A stretch of 64,000 nucleotides of DNA from an uncultured virus (IMG/VR IMGVR_UViG_3300027906_000011) (Duplodnaviria; Heunggongvirae; Uroviricota; Caudoviricetes): IMG/VR virus record IMGVR_UViG_3300027906_000011. One strand, 5' to 3'. The position numbers were made by a program, and so were the translations under genes. A model generated the notes under the pieces. The model was not told the DNA's origin and did not search any database. It saw only the letters and a list, made by a program, of their open reading frames with translations. Shown one piece after another: positions 38,668 through 47,430 of this stretch (position 1 is the first letter of the stretch; each line of letters starts with the position of its first letter).

Positions 38668-41170
38668 CAAAGAATGTATCCAAACTTGCAGTAGGTTCGA
38701 CATTCCAATTAATTAATTGAACAATGTTCTTGAGTGGTTCGACAAACGACTTATCAAATTGCATATCATAGTCTACAAATCTATGTAAATCGAATTCTTT
38801 TGGTAATGAGTTGGTGAATGATATCACATTCTCATTAATAGGATTGGGCATAGTGAGATATGTAAAGTGTATCTTCTCGCCATTTAGAATAGGTTCATAT
38901 CTCTTAGTAAGATTCATCTCTTTAAGTCTATGATTAAATAATAATGAACCTCTAACATGTATTGGTGTTCCTTTTGAGTATATGTTTGTAGTGTCTGCGT
39001 ATTGAACTAGACCTCTACACCCTCTAGGAAACGCAACATCTTCTGGCGGTAATTCTCTAAACTCTTTTCTTGATGTCTCTACGAAGTCCCATAATTCTTG
39101 TTCTGTGCCAGTCATCACAAGTTTAATTGCCTTCTCTAATCTTCTTCTAACCCACAATGGTGTAGACGACTTTGCAGTCTCAATACCCATGAGTTTGAGT
39201 TTTGGTTTCTCTAATCTAACACCCTCGTTATCATATACATTAAGAATGTATCTTTTCTTTGCAGTCCATATACCCTTATCTGCAATAACTTCTCTACCCA
39301 TTTCCATCTTCTGTTGAAATGCGTTTACATAACTGGCGAGTTCTTCAAACCCCTCATCTAAAACATCTTCTATCTTAGACTCTGCCTTAGATAAGAAATC
39401 AATAATCTTATTCTTATCTGTCTCATCTGGCATAACTGTATTAACAAATTTATCCATTGTGAGATAAATCGAATCAGTGTCCATTGCAATAACATAATCT
39501 TCGTTATCTGTTTTGAGTATCTTGTTTAGATATTGATTGACTATCTTCTCTGACCATTTAATAACTAACTGACCAGAATAAGTAATTGCCTCTGCAAGAT
39601 TTGGGTCAAAGAAGGCGAACCACTGATTCGCCATAGAACCATACGCTGAGTTCAATGCAATCTTTCTAACCTGTTGATTGTTGTATGCCCTTTTAATAAG
39701 TGTATCAAGTTCTCTAATTCTTTTTGCATCAGTTGTTTTCTCTTTCTCTATCTGATACTCAATCATCTTTTTCTTCCATGCCTTACGCTCATCATACATG
39801 ACTTCCATAATCTCAGGAAAGAACCCTTGTTTATCTCTAGAGAACATAACACCATTAGGTGCAACTGTTGTATTCATCTTCTTACATACAGACAAGTCAC
39901 TCTTCATATCTAACATAGTTTCTACAGTGACATCTTGTTTGTTGCCCTTTATCATTTTCTCTGGCGAAATGTTCCACTGCATAATCAAATGAGGATAAAG
40001 TGAGTTTAAGTCAAATGACATTACCCAATTGTGTCCACCAGTTATTGGTTCTTTAACATACGCACCTGCAATCTGATTAGTCTTGTTCTCATTTCGTTTC
40101 TGAGGTGGTGTTTGAACACCTTGTTCTTTTAAGAAGTTGTATATGATTGTTTCCCAATACTTAACCATACCAAATGTGTCAATGTAATTACACTTGGCAT
40201 CATACGCCATTGCCTGAGTCAAGTCTAAGAAACCTAATTTGTCTTCTAATTCTTCTACGAGAACAACATCACGAACATTATATTCTAGATACTTTGCATA
40301 GTTATTCTTATAAAGTGTATGTAATGAACCATACTCTGAGTAATCTAATTTCTGTTTACCCAATTCAAAGTGTGCAATGTAATCTAACTTATATGATTCT
40401 TGGTTGGTGAATGTAGACCTCTTGTATAGTTCCATATAGTCAACAACATTAACACCACTCAAATCAAATATCTGAGTCTTCTGATAACCATTTTGTAGAA
40501 ACTCTCTCTGAGATGCCTGACCCCATGGTGATAATTTCTTATGTGTATCTTCACCAAACAATCTATCATAACGATTACAAAGGTAAGTCATATCAAATGC
40601 ATCTACATTCCAACCTGTAATGATATCAAACCATTCTTGTCTCCAATACTTCATGAAGTTCATCAACAGTTCTTTCTCATTTTTACAGTTCACATAGACT
40701 GCATCTGATTCTGTCTCCCATGGACCAATACCAAATACAACAGTAGATTTACCGAAAGGTTTAATTGAAATTGCGTTTACTTTTTCGATTGCCTGTGATG
40801 GTTCAGGAAAACCATTCTCTGATTCACACTCAATATCAAGTGTGGCAATCTTTATTTGTCTTGGGTCGAATTCTATTTTGCCTGGAAACTTATCAGATAT
40901 GTAAGTATAGATGTATCTATCATAACCATGAACTTCGAAACCATCTATGTTCTGATACTTGTCTTTGAATTTCTTGGCGCCTGCCATTGAGTTGAGATTA
41001 ACAACTTCTAATGGTCTACCATCGAGCGCCTTGTAAGGCGATGAACCTTTTTTGGATGGTATGAAATGATTAGGTCTATATGATACAGAAAGTTTTTGTT
41101 TCTTTCCGTTCTTATATCCTATTGCGAGTATTTTGTCACGAGACCTGCATACATTTGTGTAAAAATCCAT
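38663..41170 (-). CDS. gp43: Family B DNA polymerase
   Basis: DIE exonuclease I motif, SFDLNSLYP, KIALNSAYG, MDTDS, KKRY. Confidence 0.98.
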   Translation of the reverse strand: MDFYTNVCRSRDKILAIGYKNGKKQKLSVSYRPNHFIPSKKGSSPYKALDGRPLEVVNLNSMAGAKKFKDKYQNIDGFEVHGYDRYIYTYISDKFPGKIEFDPRQIKIATLDIECESENGFPEPSQAIEKVNAISIKPFGKSTVVFGIGPWETESDAVYVNCKNEKELLMNFMKYWRQEWFDIITGWNVDAFDMTYLCNRYDRLFGEDTHKKLSPWGQASQREFLQNGYQKTQIFDLSGVNVVDYMELYKRSTFTNQESYKLDYIAHFELGKQKLDYSEYGSLHTLYKNNYAKYLEYNVRDVVLVEELEDKLGFLDLTQAMAYDAKCNYIDTFGMVKYWETIIYNFLKEQGVQTPPQKRNENKTNQIAGAYVKEPITGGHNWVMSFDLNSLYPHLIMQWNISPEKMIKGNKQDVTVETMLDMKSDLSVCKKMNTTVAPNGVMFSRDKQGFFPEIMEVMYDERKAWKKKMIEYQIEKEKTTDAKRIRELDTLIKRAYNNQQVRKIALNSAYGSMANQWFAFFDPNLAEAITYSGQLVIKWSEKIVNQYLNKILKTDNEDYVIAMDTDSIYLTMDKFVNTVMPDETDKNKIIDFLSKAESKIEDVLDEGFEELASYVNAFQQKMEMGREVIADKGIWTAKKRYILNVYDNEGVRLEKPKLKLMGIETAKSSTPLWVRRRLEKAIKLVMTGTEQELWDFVETSRKEFRELPPEDVAFPRGCRGLVQYADTTNIYSKGTPIHVRGSLLFNHRLKEMNLTKRYEPILNGEKIHFTYLTMPNPINENVISFTNSLPKEFDLHRFVDYDMQFDKSFVEPLKNIVQLINWNVEPTASLDTFFA

Positions 41171-41194
41171 ATATCTATTATACTATGGACTAGT

Positions 41195-41428
41195 CTATTC
41201 TACAAGGGTCTTTTTCTGGTGAAAGTCAAGTTGACTAGTGGCATCTATAATATCTTGCCAATGTGCAATTTGAGATAATTCTTTCTCTACTGTGTCCATG
41301 ATATCTGGATGTTCTGCGACTCCAGATGCGTTCTTAGTTAGAACTTCTATGTTTACTTTGTGTTTCAAAATCATCGCCTCTGCCTGTTTTATTTGGGCGT
41401 TTAGGATGATATCCATCATATCTTTCAT
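41195..41428 (-). CDS. Hypothetical protein
   Basis: GVAEHPDI motif. Confidence 0.55.
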   Translation of the reverse strand: MKDMMDIILNAQIKQAEAMILKHKVNIEVLTKNASGVAEHPDIMDTVEKELSQIAHWQDIIDATSQLDFHQKKTLVE

Positions 41429-41431
41429 AAT

Positions 41432-41725
41432 TTATTTCCTGATTTGTCCTCTCACTCCATGAGTGTTGCCTGTCGCAACTTTGAAATTAGTTTCAAGTTG
41501 AGGCTTGGCCTCGAAGACTGTTTGTATAAGATTCTTATTGATTGTAAATATGTATTCTTTGGCAAAAGGAATCCACGGTGCCATTTTGACTTCCATTTGT
41601 CCTTCTGTTGCCTCTATTAAACATACTTGTGCATCAGATATTATATAATCGCCATTAAGTTTCTTCTTAACGAACCCTATTAATACTTCACCAGTATCTA
41701 ATCTGATGCATTTGACTTTAGGCAT
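41432..41725 (-). CDS. Conserved T4-like Sm-fold-like hypothetical protein
   Basis: IRLDTGEVLIG...APWIPFA; usual neighbour of gp43. Confidence 0.55.
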   Translation of the reverse strand: MPKVKCIRLDTGEVLIGFVKKKLNGDYIISDAQVCLIEATEGQMEVKMAPWIPFAKEYIFTINKNLIQTVFEAKPQLETNFKVATGNTHGVRGQIRK

Positions 41726-42170
41726 CTAACACCATGTCTTGAAGTTCAACACTTCTTCTACCTACTTGCCCAAACCATTTAGAGTCTTCCATTTGGGCGG
41801 CCATTTCTTTCCAATCTGAATTAGAACATGCCTTGAGCATGTTTCTGAACTTCGATAATCTATTTGCACCAAGATTGAAACACATATTGACTAATACATG
41901 TTGAATGTTCTCAGGTAGATTATCAAAATCTATGTCGTGTGCTCCACAAACATGAAGTGTTTCATCTACATGTTTGTCAAAGTCTGCATCGTAGTATCTA
42001 TCTACGACCTCTTGTGAAACAGGTGTTCCATCTGGTTCACCATATTCAGCGTCATCTTCTCTAATTAGATGACCTACCCCTAGAGTTAAATACCCTAGCG
42101 AGTCTTCATAGACTTCAAGGACTTCTCCTTCGTGTCTTTTAATCTGTTCTTTTAAGACTTCTTTATTCAC
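41718..42170 (-). CDS. Lysozyme (GH24 endolysin)
   Basis: HEG...YEDSLGYLTLGVGH (E-D-T triad), NMCFNLG, SKWFGQVGRR. Confidence 0.92.
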   Translation of the reverse strand: MNKEVLKEQIKRHEGEVLEVYEDSLGYLTLGVGHLIREDDAEYGEPDGTPVSQEVVDRYYDADFDKHVDETLHVCGAHDIDFDNLPENIQHVLVNMCFNLGANRLSKFRNMLKACSNSDWKEMAAQMEDSKWFGQVGRRSVELQDMVLDA

Positions 42171-42360
42171 TTTCAGATAAGTCCTCAGTTGGTTCAGGCA
42201 TGTCGGTTACTTCCTCAACCCAAACATATCCTTCTGATTCCTTTTCAGCTTTAAGTTCTTCAACTTCGTCTTCTTCGCAATTAAATATAAACATCTCTGA
42301 GCCTGAAATTACTCCGTCTCCGTCTACATCTTTTCCGAATCTATGATTTACTCTTGCCAT
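42163..42360 (-). CDS. Small acidic hypothetical protein
   Basis: EF-hand-like DVDGDGVISGSE. Confidence 0.4.
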   Translation of the reverse strand: MARVNHRFGKDVDGDGVISGSEMFIFNCEEDEVEELKAEKESEGYVWVEEVTDMPEPTEDLSESE

Positions 42361-42652
42361 TTGCTTTTTCCTCTCTTTTTATTTGTTCTTGTATTAACTC
42401 TACTAGAATGTCACCCATTAACTGATTGAGTTCACTATTATTTAGTAAATCCTCAATCGCTTCTTCTGACACTTCTACATCTTTTGGAAGTCTTCTTATA
42501 GTTCTTTTGAAGTTCATTTGTGGTTCGCCATCTACAAACTGAACATCACCATATTGATATACTAAACCTTCCCATTCACCAGATATAAGTTCTATACCTG
42601 CATCTTCTTCATGTGGGTTCTCAACTACCATGTAGACTTCTTTAAAAAGCAT
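42341..42652 (-). CDS. Conserved phage hypothetical protein
   Basis: GLVYQYGDV...MGDILVELI. Confidence 0.55.
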   Translation of the reverse strand: MLFKEVYMVVENPHEEDAGIELISGEWEGLVYQYGDVQFVDGEPQMNFKRTIRRLPKDVEVSEEAIEDLLNNSELNQLMGDILVELIQEQIKREEKANGKSKS

Positions 42653-43627
42653 CGTTCATTCTCCTCTCAAACTCGGCATAGTATTCATCTTCTGTAAGGT
42701 GGACTTCTGCATAGTTCTTTCTTGCGAGTTCCATCTTCTCCTTTCTGAATGACTCATCTCTTAATTGTAATGACTTCTCTAAGAACTCTTCAAATGTATA
42801 TACTCTCTGCCACTTATCTATTCTATATGAGTTGTTGCAGTCATAATTTCTCCAAACAAATGGAAGAATACCTATTGCAAGTGCCTCTGGATATCTAGAT
42901 GTGGTTGCAGTCTCATCTAACCAATTAAAACATAATGTTCCTCTACAACCTTCTAATAAAGGATAGAGTTTCTTCCAATCTTTAATCCATTTTGACTCTC
43001 GTTCTACACCAGATGGCATCCCACCTATAAGCTGGCATGAAAGTTCACTTCGATAAATTTGACGAATGGTCTTTTCTCTATCGTGACCGTGTTTCATACG
43101 GCCCCAATATCCAAAGTCGTGAGTCTTATTGACCCAATCATTTCCGCCAAGGGGTTTTTTAAGGTGTTTATGAAGTGATACTTCATGCCATGTATGTTGC
43201 CACTAAAATCGACTTCATCGATAGTAGTGAATGATTTTATATTGATACCCTTTAATACTTCTTCTCTATATAACTCTTCTGTATCTGCCCTATCGCTACA
43301 GAACATTATGATATCTTTACCTTCAAAGAAAGGTCTGATTACATCCATATGTTCATTAGACTTCGCTAAGTCTTTTGGATTCATCTGTAGTTCACCATGA
43401 TATCTAAACTCACTATCACTTGGTATAACAATTACATCTGCCCAATCAATAGTCTCAGGCGTTCTCTTTGGTCTTACATTTTCAAATGATACATTATAAG
43501 TATCGTAGTTGTGTTGAGGATTTGCCCTCATCCATCTTACATAGTTCTCAAAGAAACTATCTAATACTGTCTCTAAAGGTCCATTGTATTTTACAAATGA
43601 ACGAAGTCTTGCTATGGTTATATTCAT
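42642..43627 (-). pseudogene. T4 beta-glucosyltransferase-like GT-B enzyme split by a -1 frameshift (ORFs 43094-43627 and 42642-43097)
   Basis: The -1 frame reads NKTHDFGYWGR-MKHGHDREK into ORF2; TTSRYPEALA...YD..N...V.TFEE matches the BGT C-lobe pattern as I recall it. Confidence 0.65.
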
Positions 43628-44019
43628 GATTGAGTCACCCTTTTTCTTAAACCACTCGATGAGAAGGAGTGTTTTCTATTAGTATAATAAACTTCTATAG
43701 GCAAGTAATCTCCTGTAAAAGTTTTGTCTATGTAATCTTCACCTATAAATCTTACATTGATTGGTGTTGATTCTAGTAAATCTATCAGACTCGCTTCTGT
43801 ATCATATGGTATGACTTCATCGACATACTTAATTGCACTGAGTTGAGTGAATCTTTCGTATACTGATTGCACTGGTTGATTCTTTTCTTGTCTATCTATA
43901 CTTGGGTCTGTTTGCAATCCAACAATTAAATGTTCGCAATTCTCTCTCGCTTCTTTTAACATTACTACATGACCTGCGTGTAATAAGTCAAATGCTCCAC
44001 ATGTAAATCCTATCCTCAT
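43624..44019 (-). CDS. TagD-like (glycerol-3-phosphate) cytidylyltransferase
   Basis: GAFDLLHAGH, LIVGLQTD, YVDEVIPY, GEDY, RKHSFSSS. Confidence 0.88.
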   Translation of the reverse strand: MRIGFTCGAFDLLHAGHVVMLKEARENCEHLIVGLQTDPSIDRQEKNQPVQSVYERFTQLSAIKYVDEVIPYDTEASLIDLLESTPINVRFIGEDYIDKTFTGDYLPIEVYYTNRKHSFSSSGLRKRVTQS

Positions 44020-45140
44020 CTTATTATATCAATCTCCTTATTGTTTGACCAAACTTCCAGTTCGGTTCTTAATCTACCATCTCTTTTTAAATTCTCAAAT
44101 CTTTTGCTTGCGTGTTTCTTCCACCATGTAATGATACTATCATATTCAAATCTATCATAGTTGATATTCTTTTCTAATGTATCAGTCTCTAGATTCAAAT
44201 ACTCTTTAACATTTTTGAACCCATATGTTCCTAAGTATTGTCTCTTGCGTTCTGTAAGATTCTTTGCATCAATGAAACATTGTTTGAATGTTCTTAACAT
44301 TTCACTATGGTGTTTATCTAATGAATTTCTTATAATAGAAATCATCTTACCTTGTGTCTTCAACTTTCTACTTGATGCATCTTCATGGACAAGTGGCACT
44401 CCATTGTTCTTATTCTCAAACCAATCTTTTAGATGTGCATACTTATCATCATTGATTGACGGAACAAAATCTGAATCAGTTAGTCCTATAAATCTTAAGA
44501 ATGGTTTCATACCATCATACATAGATGATGATTTAGATGTGCCATATAATGATGTAGTTTCAAACATACAGAACTCTGTATTGTATTTCTTGTTAAGTGT
44601 TTCTCTGGCGAGATGTGAATTACAAATACCTGCGAGTAGTTTACCACCTAGATAATTGAAACCAAATGGTTGTGTTGGTATGATATTGAAACCCATGATT
44701 GCTGAATCATTAAATCTTTTCATTACTTCTTTATCTAATGTGTTTAAAGGTTTGCCTAGAAATTCATTACGAGGTTTAGAGTTAATAGTAGGTGAACCAA
44801 AACGAATGAAACCAACAATCTTATTAGTATTAGTTTCATAGACAACCCACTTAAGAGTTTTGCCTGGTATCGATTTCTGTATCATTTGAGATGCGACTAT
44901 ATCAATGTAGTCATCATATATAGGAAGTTCTCTACAAGCGAACTCCATGTCTTCTGGATGCATTGTAAAGTCTTGAAACATGTCATCTTCTGGACCCATA
45001 CCAAGTAATGGTGCAGGTCTATCTGCCATTTTTTCTAGTTTTACTTTGCGTAGATAGTCATCTATCCTATCGAAGTTTGCATAGTATTCGATAAAGATTC
45101 TCGCTACATATTCCGCATCTTGTTTTGATAGTATTAACAT
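44016..45140 (-). CDS. DruA/DUF4338-like protein, paralog 2
   Basis: PGKTL.WVV.E...KIVGFIRFGSP, PTQPFGFNYLGGKLLA, ETTSLYG, SMYDG. Confidence 0.75.
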   Translation of the reverse strand: MLILSKQDAEYVARIFIEYYANFDRIDDYLRKVKLEKMADRPAPLLGMGPEDDMFQDFTMHPEDMEFACRELPIYDDYIDIVASQMIQKSIPGKTLKWVVYETNTNKIVGFIRFGSPTINSKPRNEFLGKPLNTLDKEVMKRFNDSAIMGFNIIPTQPFGFNYLGGKLLAGICNSHLARETLNKKYNTEFCMFETTSLYGTSKSSSMYDGMKPFLRFIGLTDSDFVPSINDDKYAHLKDWFENKNNGVPLVHEDASSRKLKTQGKMISIIRNSLDKHHSEMLRTFKQCFIDAKNLTERKRQYLGTYGFKNVKEYLNLETDTLEKNINYDRFEYDSIITWWKKHASKRFENLKRDGRLRTELEVWSNNKEIDIIR

Positions 45141-45194
45141 AAAAAACCCACCTCCATTATAAACGAAGGTGGGTATAATTGTCTAGTGACTTTT
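45141..45194 (-). promoter_or_regulatory. Promoter TAGACA-N18-TATAAT overlapped by a terminator-like hairpin containing the SD
   Basis: ACCCACCTTC-gtttataat-GGAGGTGGGT followed by a T-run and ATG. Confidence 0.65.
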
Positions 45195-45199
45195 TGAAA

Positions 45200-45730
45200 T
45201 TATGCTACGAAGTCATCGCCAGGATTCCATTCACAACCTGTAAGACCACCAGCTTTTAATGCTTGTAATGTTCTTAAGATTTCTTGTGCATTTCTTCCTG
45301 TATCTAATGCGTTGACTGAAACACTTTGAATTACTCCATCAGGATCAACAATGAATGTTGCTCTAAAACAAACACCATTGTCAACATCAATGATTCCTAA
45401 TTCAGAAGATAAGTATAGTCCAGTGTCAGCTGCAAGTTCATGATTGATTTCTCTAATCATTCCATTTACATTTCTCCAGGCCTGTTTACAGAATTCATTA
45501 TCACCACTGAGACCAACTACTCTGGCCTCATTGTTGAGAATGTCCATAGCGGAAATTTCTGTTGGGCATATGAATGTGAAGTCTTTTGGATAAAAGTAAA
45601 ACACACTCCAATCATTTCTTTCAGCATGAGAATAACTTACCTCTGCTATGTCGTTTGCAGGATTAACTCCTTGCAATTCGAAAGTAGGAAATAAATCACC
45701 TACAGTTAATTGTTGTCCTTCTCTAAACAT
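45200..45730 (-). CDS. ahpC: 2-Cys peroxiredoxin (AhpC family)
   Basis: FYPKDFTFICPTE, RATFIVDPDG, GRN..E.LR, resolving GCEW. Confidence 0.93.
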   Translation of the reverse strand: MFREGQQLTVGDLFPTFELQGVNPANDIAEVSYSHAERNDWSVFYFYPKDFTFICPTEISAMDILNNEARVVGLSGDNEFCKQAWRNVNGMIREINHELAADTGLYLSSELGIIDVDNGVCFRATFIVDPDGVIQSVSVNALDTGRNAQEILRTLQALKAGGLTGCEWNPGDDFVA

Positions 45731-45751
45731 ATTTTCTCCTCTATTTGAAAC

Positions 45752-45824
45752 TGGAGCGGAGTTCTAGATTTGAACTAGAGACTCTTAAATGGAATTTAAG
45801 TGTTTTGCCTTAAACTAACTCCGC
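45752..45824 (-). tRNA. tRNA-Gly(UCC)
   Basis: GCGGAGT/ACTCCGC-T-CCA; anticodon arm CTTAA-ATTCCAT-TTAAG; T-arm TCTAG-TTCAAAT-CTAGA; U73. Confidence 0.88.
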
Positions 45825-45879
45825 TTTGATGGATCCATATTACTAGCCTTGTAGCAAAATTACAAGGGGGTTTTTGAAA

Positions 45880-46305
45880 TTATTTTATTTTAATTTCAAC
45901 TGGTTTATCTTCTTCTGGAATAATCCTTTCTAAAGATACACTCAATATACCATCTTTCATGTCTGCACCCTTAACGATAATATCGTCTGCGAGTGTAAAC
46001 TTTCTACTGAAAGTTCTTCCAGATAACCCACGATGAACATACTCAGTATCTTCATTTAAGTTATCTTTCTTACTACCTTCAATCAAAAGAACTTCTTTTT
46101 CTTTTGTGATAGATATATCTTTCTTACCGAACCCAGCAACTGCAACTTCAACACTGAAATTCTCAGCATCAATCTTTACAATATTGTAAGGTGGGTAATT
46201 GGATGTGTCGTGCAAATGTTCAGCACGATTTAATAGTTGAATGGTTCTGTCGAACCCGATTGCGAATGGGAATGATTTCCCGAAGACATCGTCATAGATT
46301 GTCAT
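45880..46305 (-). CDS. hsp20: Small heat-shock protein (Hsp20/IbpA-like)
   Basis: IGFDR, YPPYNI, AVAGF, HRGLSGR.F.R.F.L, DGIL, IPEE.KP..I.I; AAGGAGG RBS before MTIYDD. Confidence 0.93.
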   Translation of the reverse strand: MTIYDDVFGKSFPFAIGFDRTIQLLNRAEHLHDTSNYPPYNIVKIDAENFSVEVAVAGFGKKDISITKEKEVLLIEGSKKDNLNEDTEYVHRGLSGRTFSRKFTLADDIIVKGADMKDGILSVSLERIIPEEDKPVEIKIK

Positions 46306-46363
46306 AATAGTCCTCCTTAAGCGACTGTTTGTTAAAATACCTAACCTCAAATGAGCATTAGGG
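46306..46363 (-). promoter_or_regulatory. ROSE-like RNA thermometer
   Basis: AGUCGCUU-AAGGAG-GACU hairpin with UCGCU opposite the SD, plus an upstream hairpin. Confidence 0.55.
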
Positions 46364-46364
46364 C

Positions 46365-46662
46365 GTATGGGATGTTGGAGTTCTTATTGAGTCATCTTCC
46401 TCGAGCGAACATATTCCAATGATTGTCTAACAAAGCTCTGTTAGATAATAAGAGCCAACATCTCATACTATATTGAGGATTGTCCCGACTCGAACACGGA
46501 AAGGAATCTATCCTCAGTGATAAAGTTCGTTAGGCAAGTTTCAGTAAACTGTCTAGTCCGACTTACTCTATCGGTGTGGTTTCTCTTCTCTGATAGGTCC
46601 ACCCCTTTTTATTAAGTCTATAATACTAAGCGCTTTCGCAAGCTCTTCTTATAAACTTAGTC
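46365..46662 (-). ncRNA. Candidate large structured non-coding RNA or 5' leader
   Basis: At least four long stems with G-U pairs and a GCGA tetraloop; own promoter; no ORF in the track. Confidence 0.6.
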
Positions 46663-46663
46663 C

Positions 46664-46703
46664 ATTATATAGTGCATAACGCTGGTTTTTCAAGGGGTTT
46701 TTT
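46664..46703 (-). promoter_or_regulatory. Promoter AAAAAACCCC-TTGAAA-N18-TATAAT
   Basis: The A-tract/CCCC-TTG element also precedes tRNA-Gly (~45860-45875) and the gene starting at 55391 (~55445-55460). Confidence 0.7.
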
Positions 46704-46718
46704 GAATTTATTTTCACC

Positions 46719-47189
46719 TTACAAATTTTCGAATATTAAATGCACTCTAGATTTATCACCTGCATTAACAAATGTATGGAAGGATTCGGTGTCTGCTGTG
46801 TATATACAATCATCGATTGGCATATGATATGACTCTGAATCGTATATAAAATAACAACCGAGATTAGTTATTAAAGGTATATGATAAGAAACTTTACCAC
46901 TATCCTTATGCCAATAATACGCAGTGTTTGGTACCACAATTCGATATGTTATACTATTAAAATCAAATAAGGATGCTACATGTTTTGAAACTTCAAAAGT
47001 ATAGGGAAAGTCTTTAGTCTTAAAATCGTTTATCTTCTCATTTTTAAATAGTAAATGAAATCTTTTCTGAACCAATACAGTATTGGTTCGATTGAAAACT
47101 AATTCAAACTTATTATTACTTATAGTAGAAAACTCTTCTACAAGTTTATCAGTATTGACTGTATAATCATCCAGTCTAGATAATTTCAT
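46719..47189 (-). CDS. Asp/Asn beta-hydroxylase-like 2OG oxygenase
   Basis: YYWHKD, YHIPLITN, HTFVN, RVHLI. Confidence 0.7.
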   Translation of the reverse strand: MKLSRLDDYTVNTDKLVEEFSTISNNKFELVFNRTNTVLVQKRFHLLFKNEKINDFKTKDFPYTFEVSKHVASLFDFNSITYRIVVPNTAYYWHKDSGKVSYHIPLITNLGCYFIYDSESYHMPIDDCIYTADTESFHTFVNAGDKSRVHLIFENL

Positions 47190-47412
47190 CAGACGGTTTA
47201 TCGACAAAGACTATGTTTGCTTGACCTATCTTGTTTCTACGGTCTATTTCAATTCTAACTTTTTGTTTAAGTTTGGGCTTGATACCGTCTTTGTTGTATG
47301 CTTCGATTAAGTCTGCATTTGATTTACATTTCATATAGTCGTAGACCAATGTAGTCTTACCTGTTTGTCTACTATATGATTTTGATGTTGCACTGAATTT
47401 CACTGGTGGCAT
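47176..47412 (-). CDS. Conserved small phage protein
   Basis: MPPVKF...KPKLKQKVRIEIDRR. Confidence 0.55.
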   Translation of the reverse strand: MPPVKFSATSKSYSRQTGKTTLVYDYMKCKSNADLIEAYNKDGIKPKLKQKVRIEIDRRNKIGQANIVFVDKPSDEII

Positions 47413-47430
47413 AATATACTCCTTATTCTT

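Noticed and set aside
9621..41170. Introns or inteins in nrdA, nrdB, gp61, gp41, uvsX and gp43
   Set aside because: All are uninterrupted and of typical length, with no intein motifs
33399..45140. Druantia anti-phage defence system
   Set aside because: Only DruA-like genes are present; there is no DruE helicase or DruB-D, and the context is a phage replication module
46365..46662. tmRNA, RNase P RNA or an extra tRNA
   Set aside because: GUUCG loops are present, but I found no acceptor stem with CCA, no tag ORF ending in ALAA-like residues and no RNase P P4 consensus
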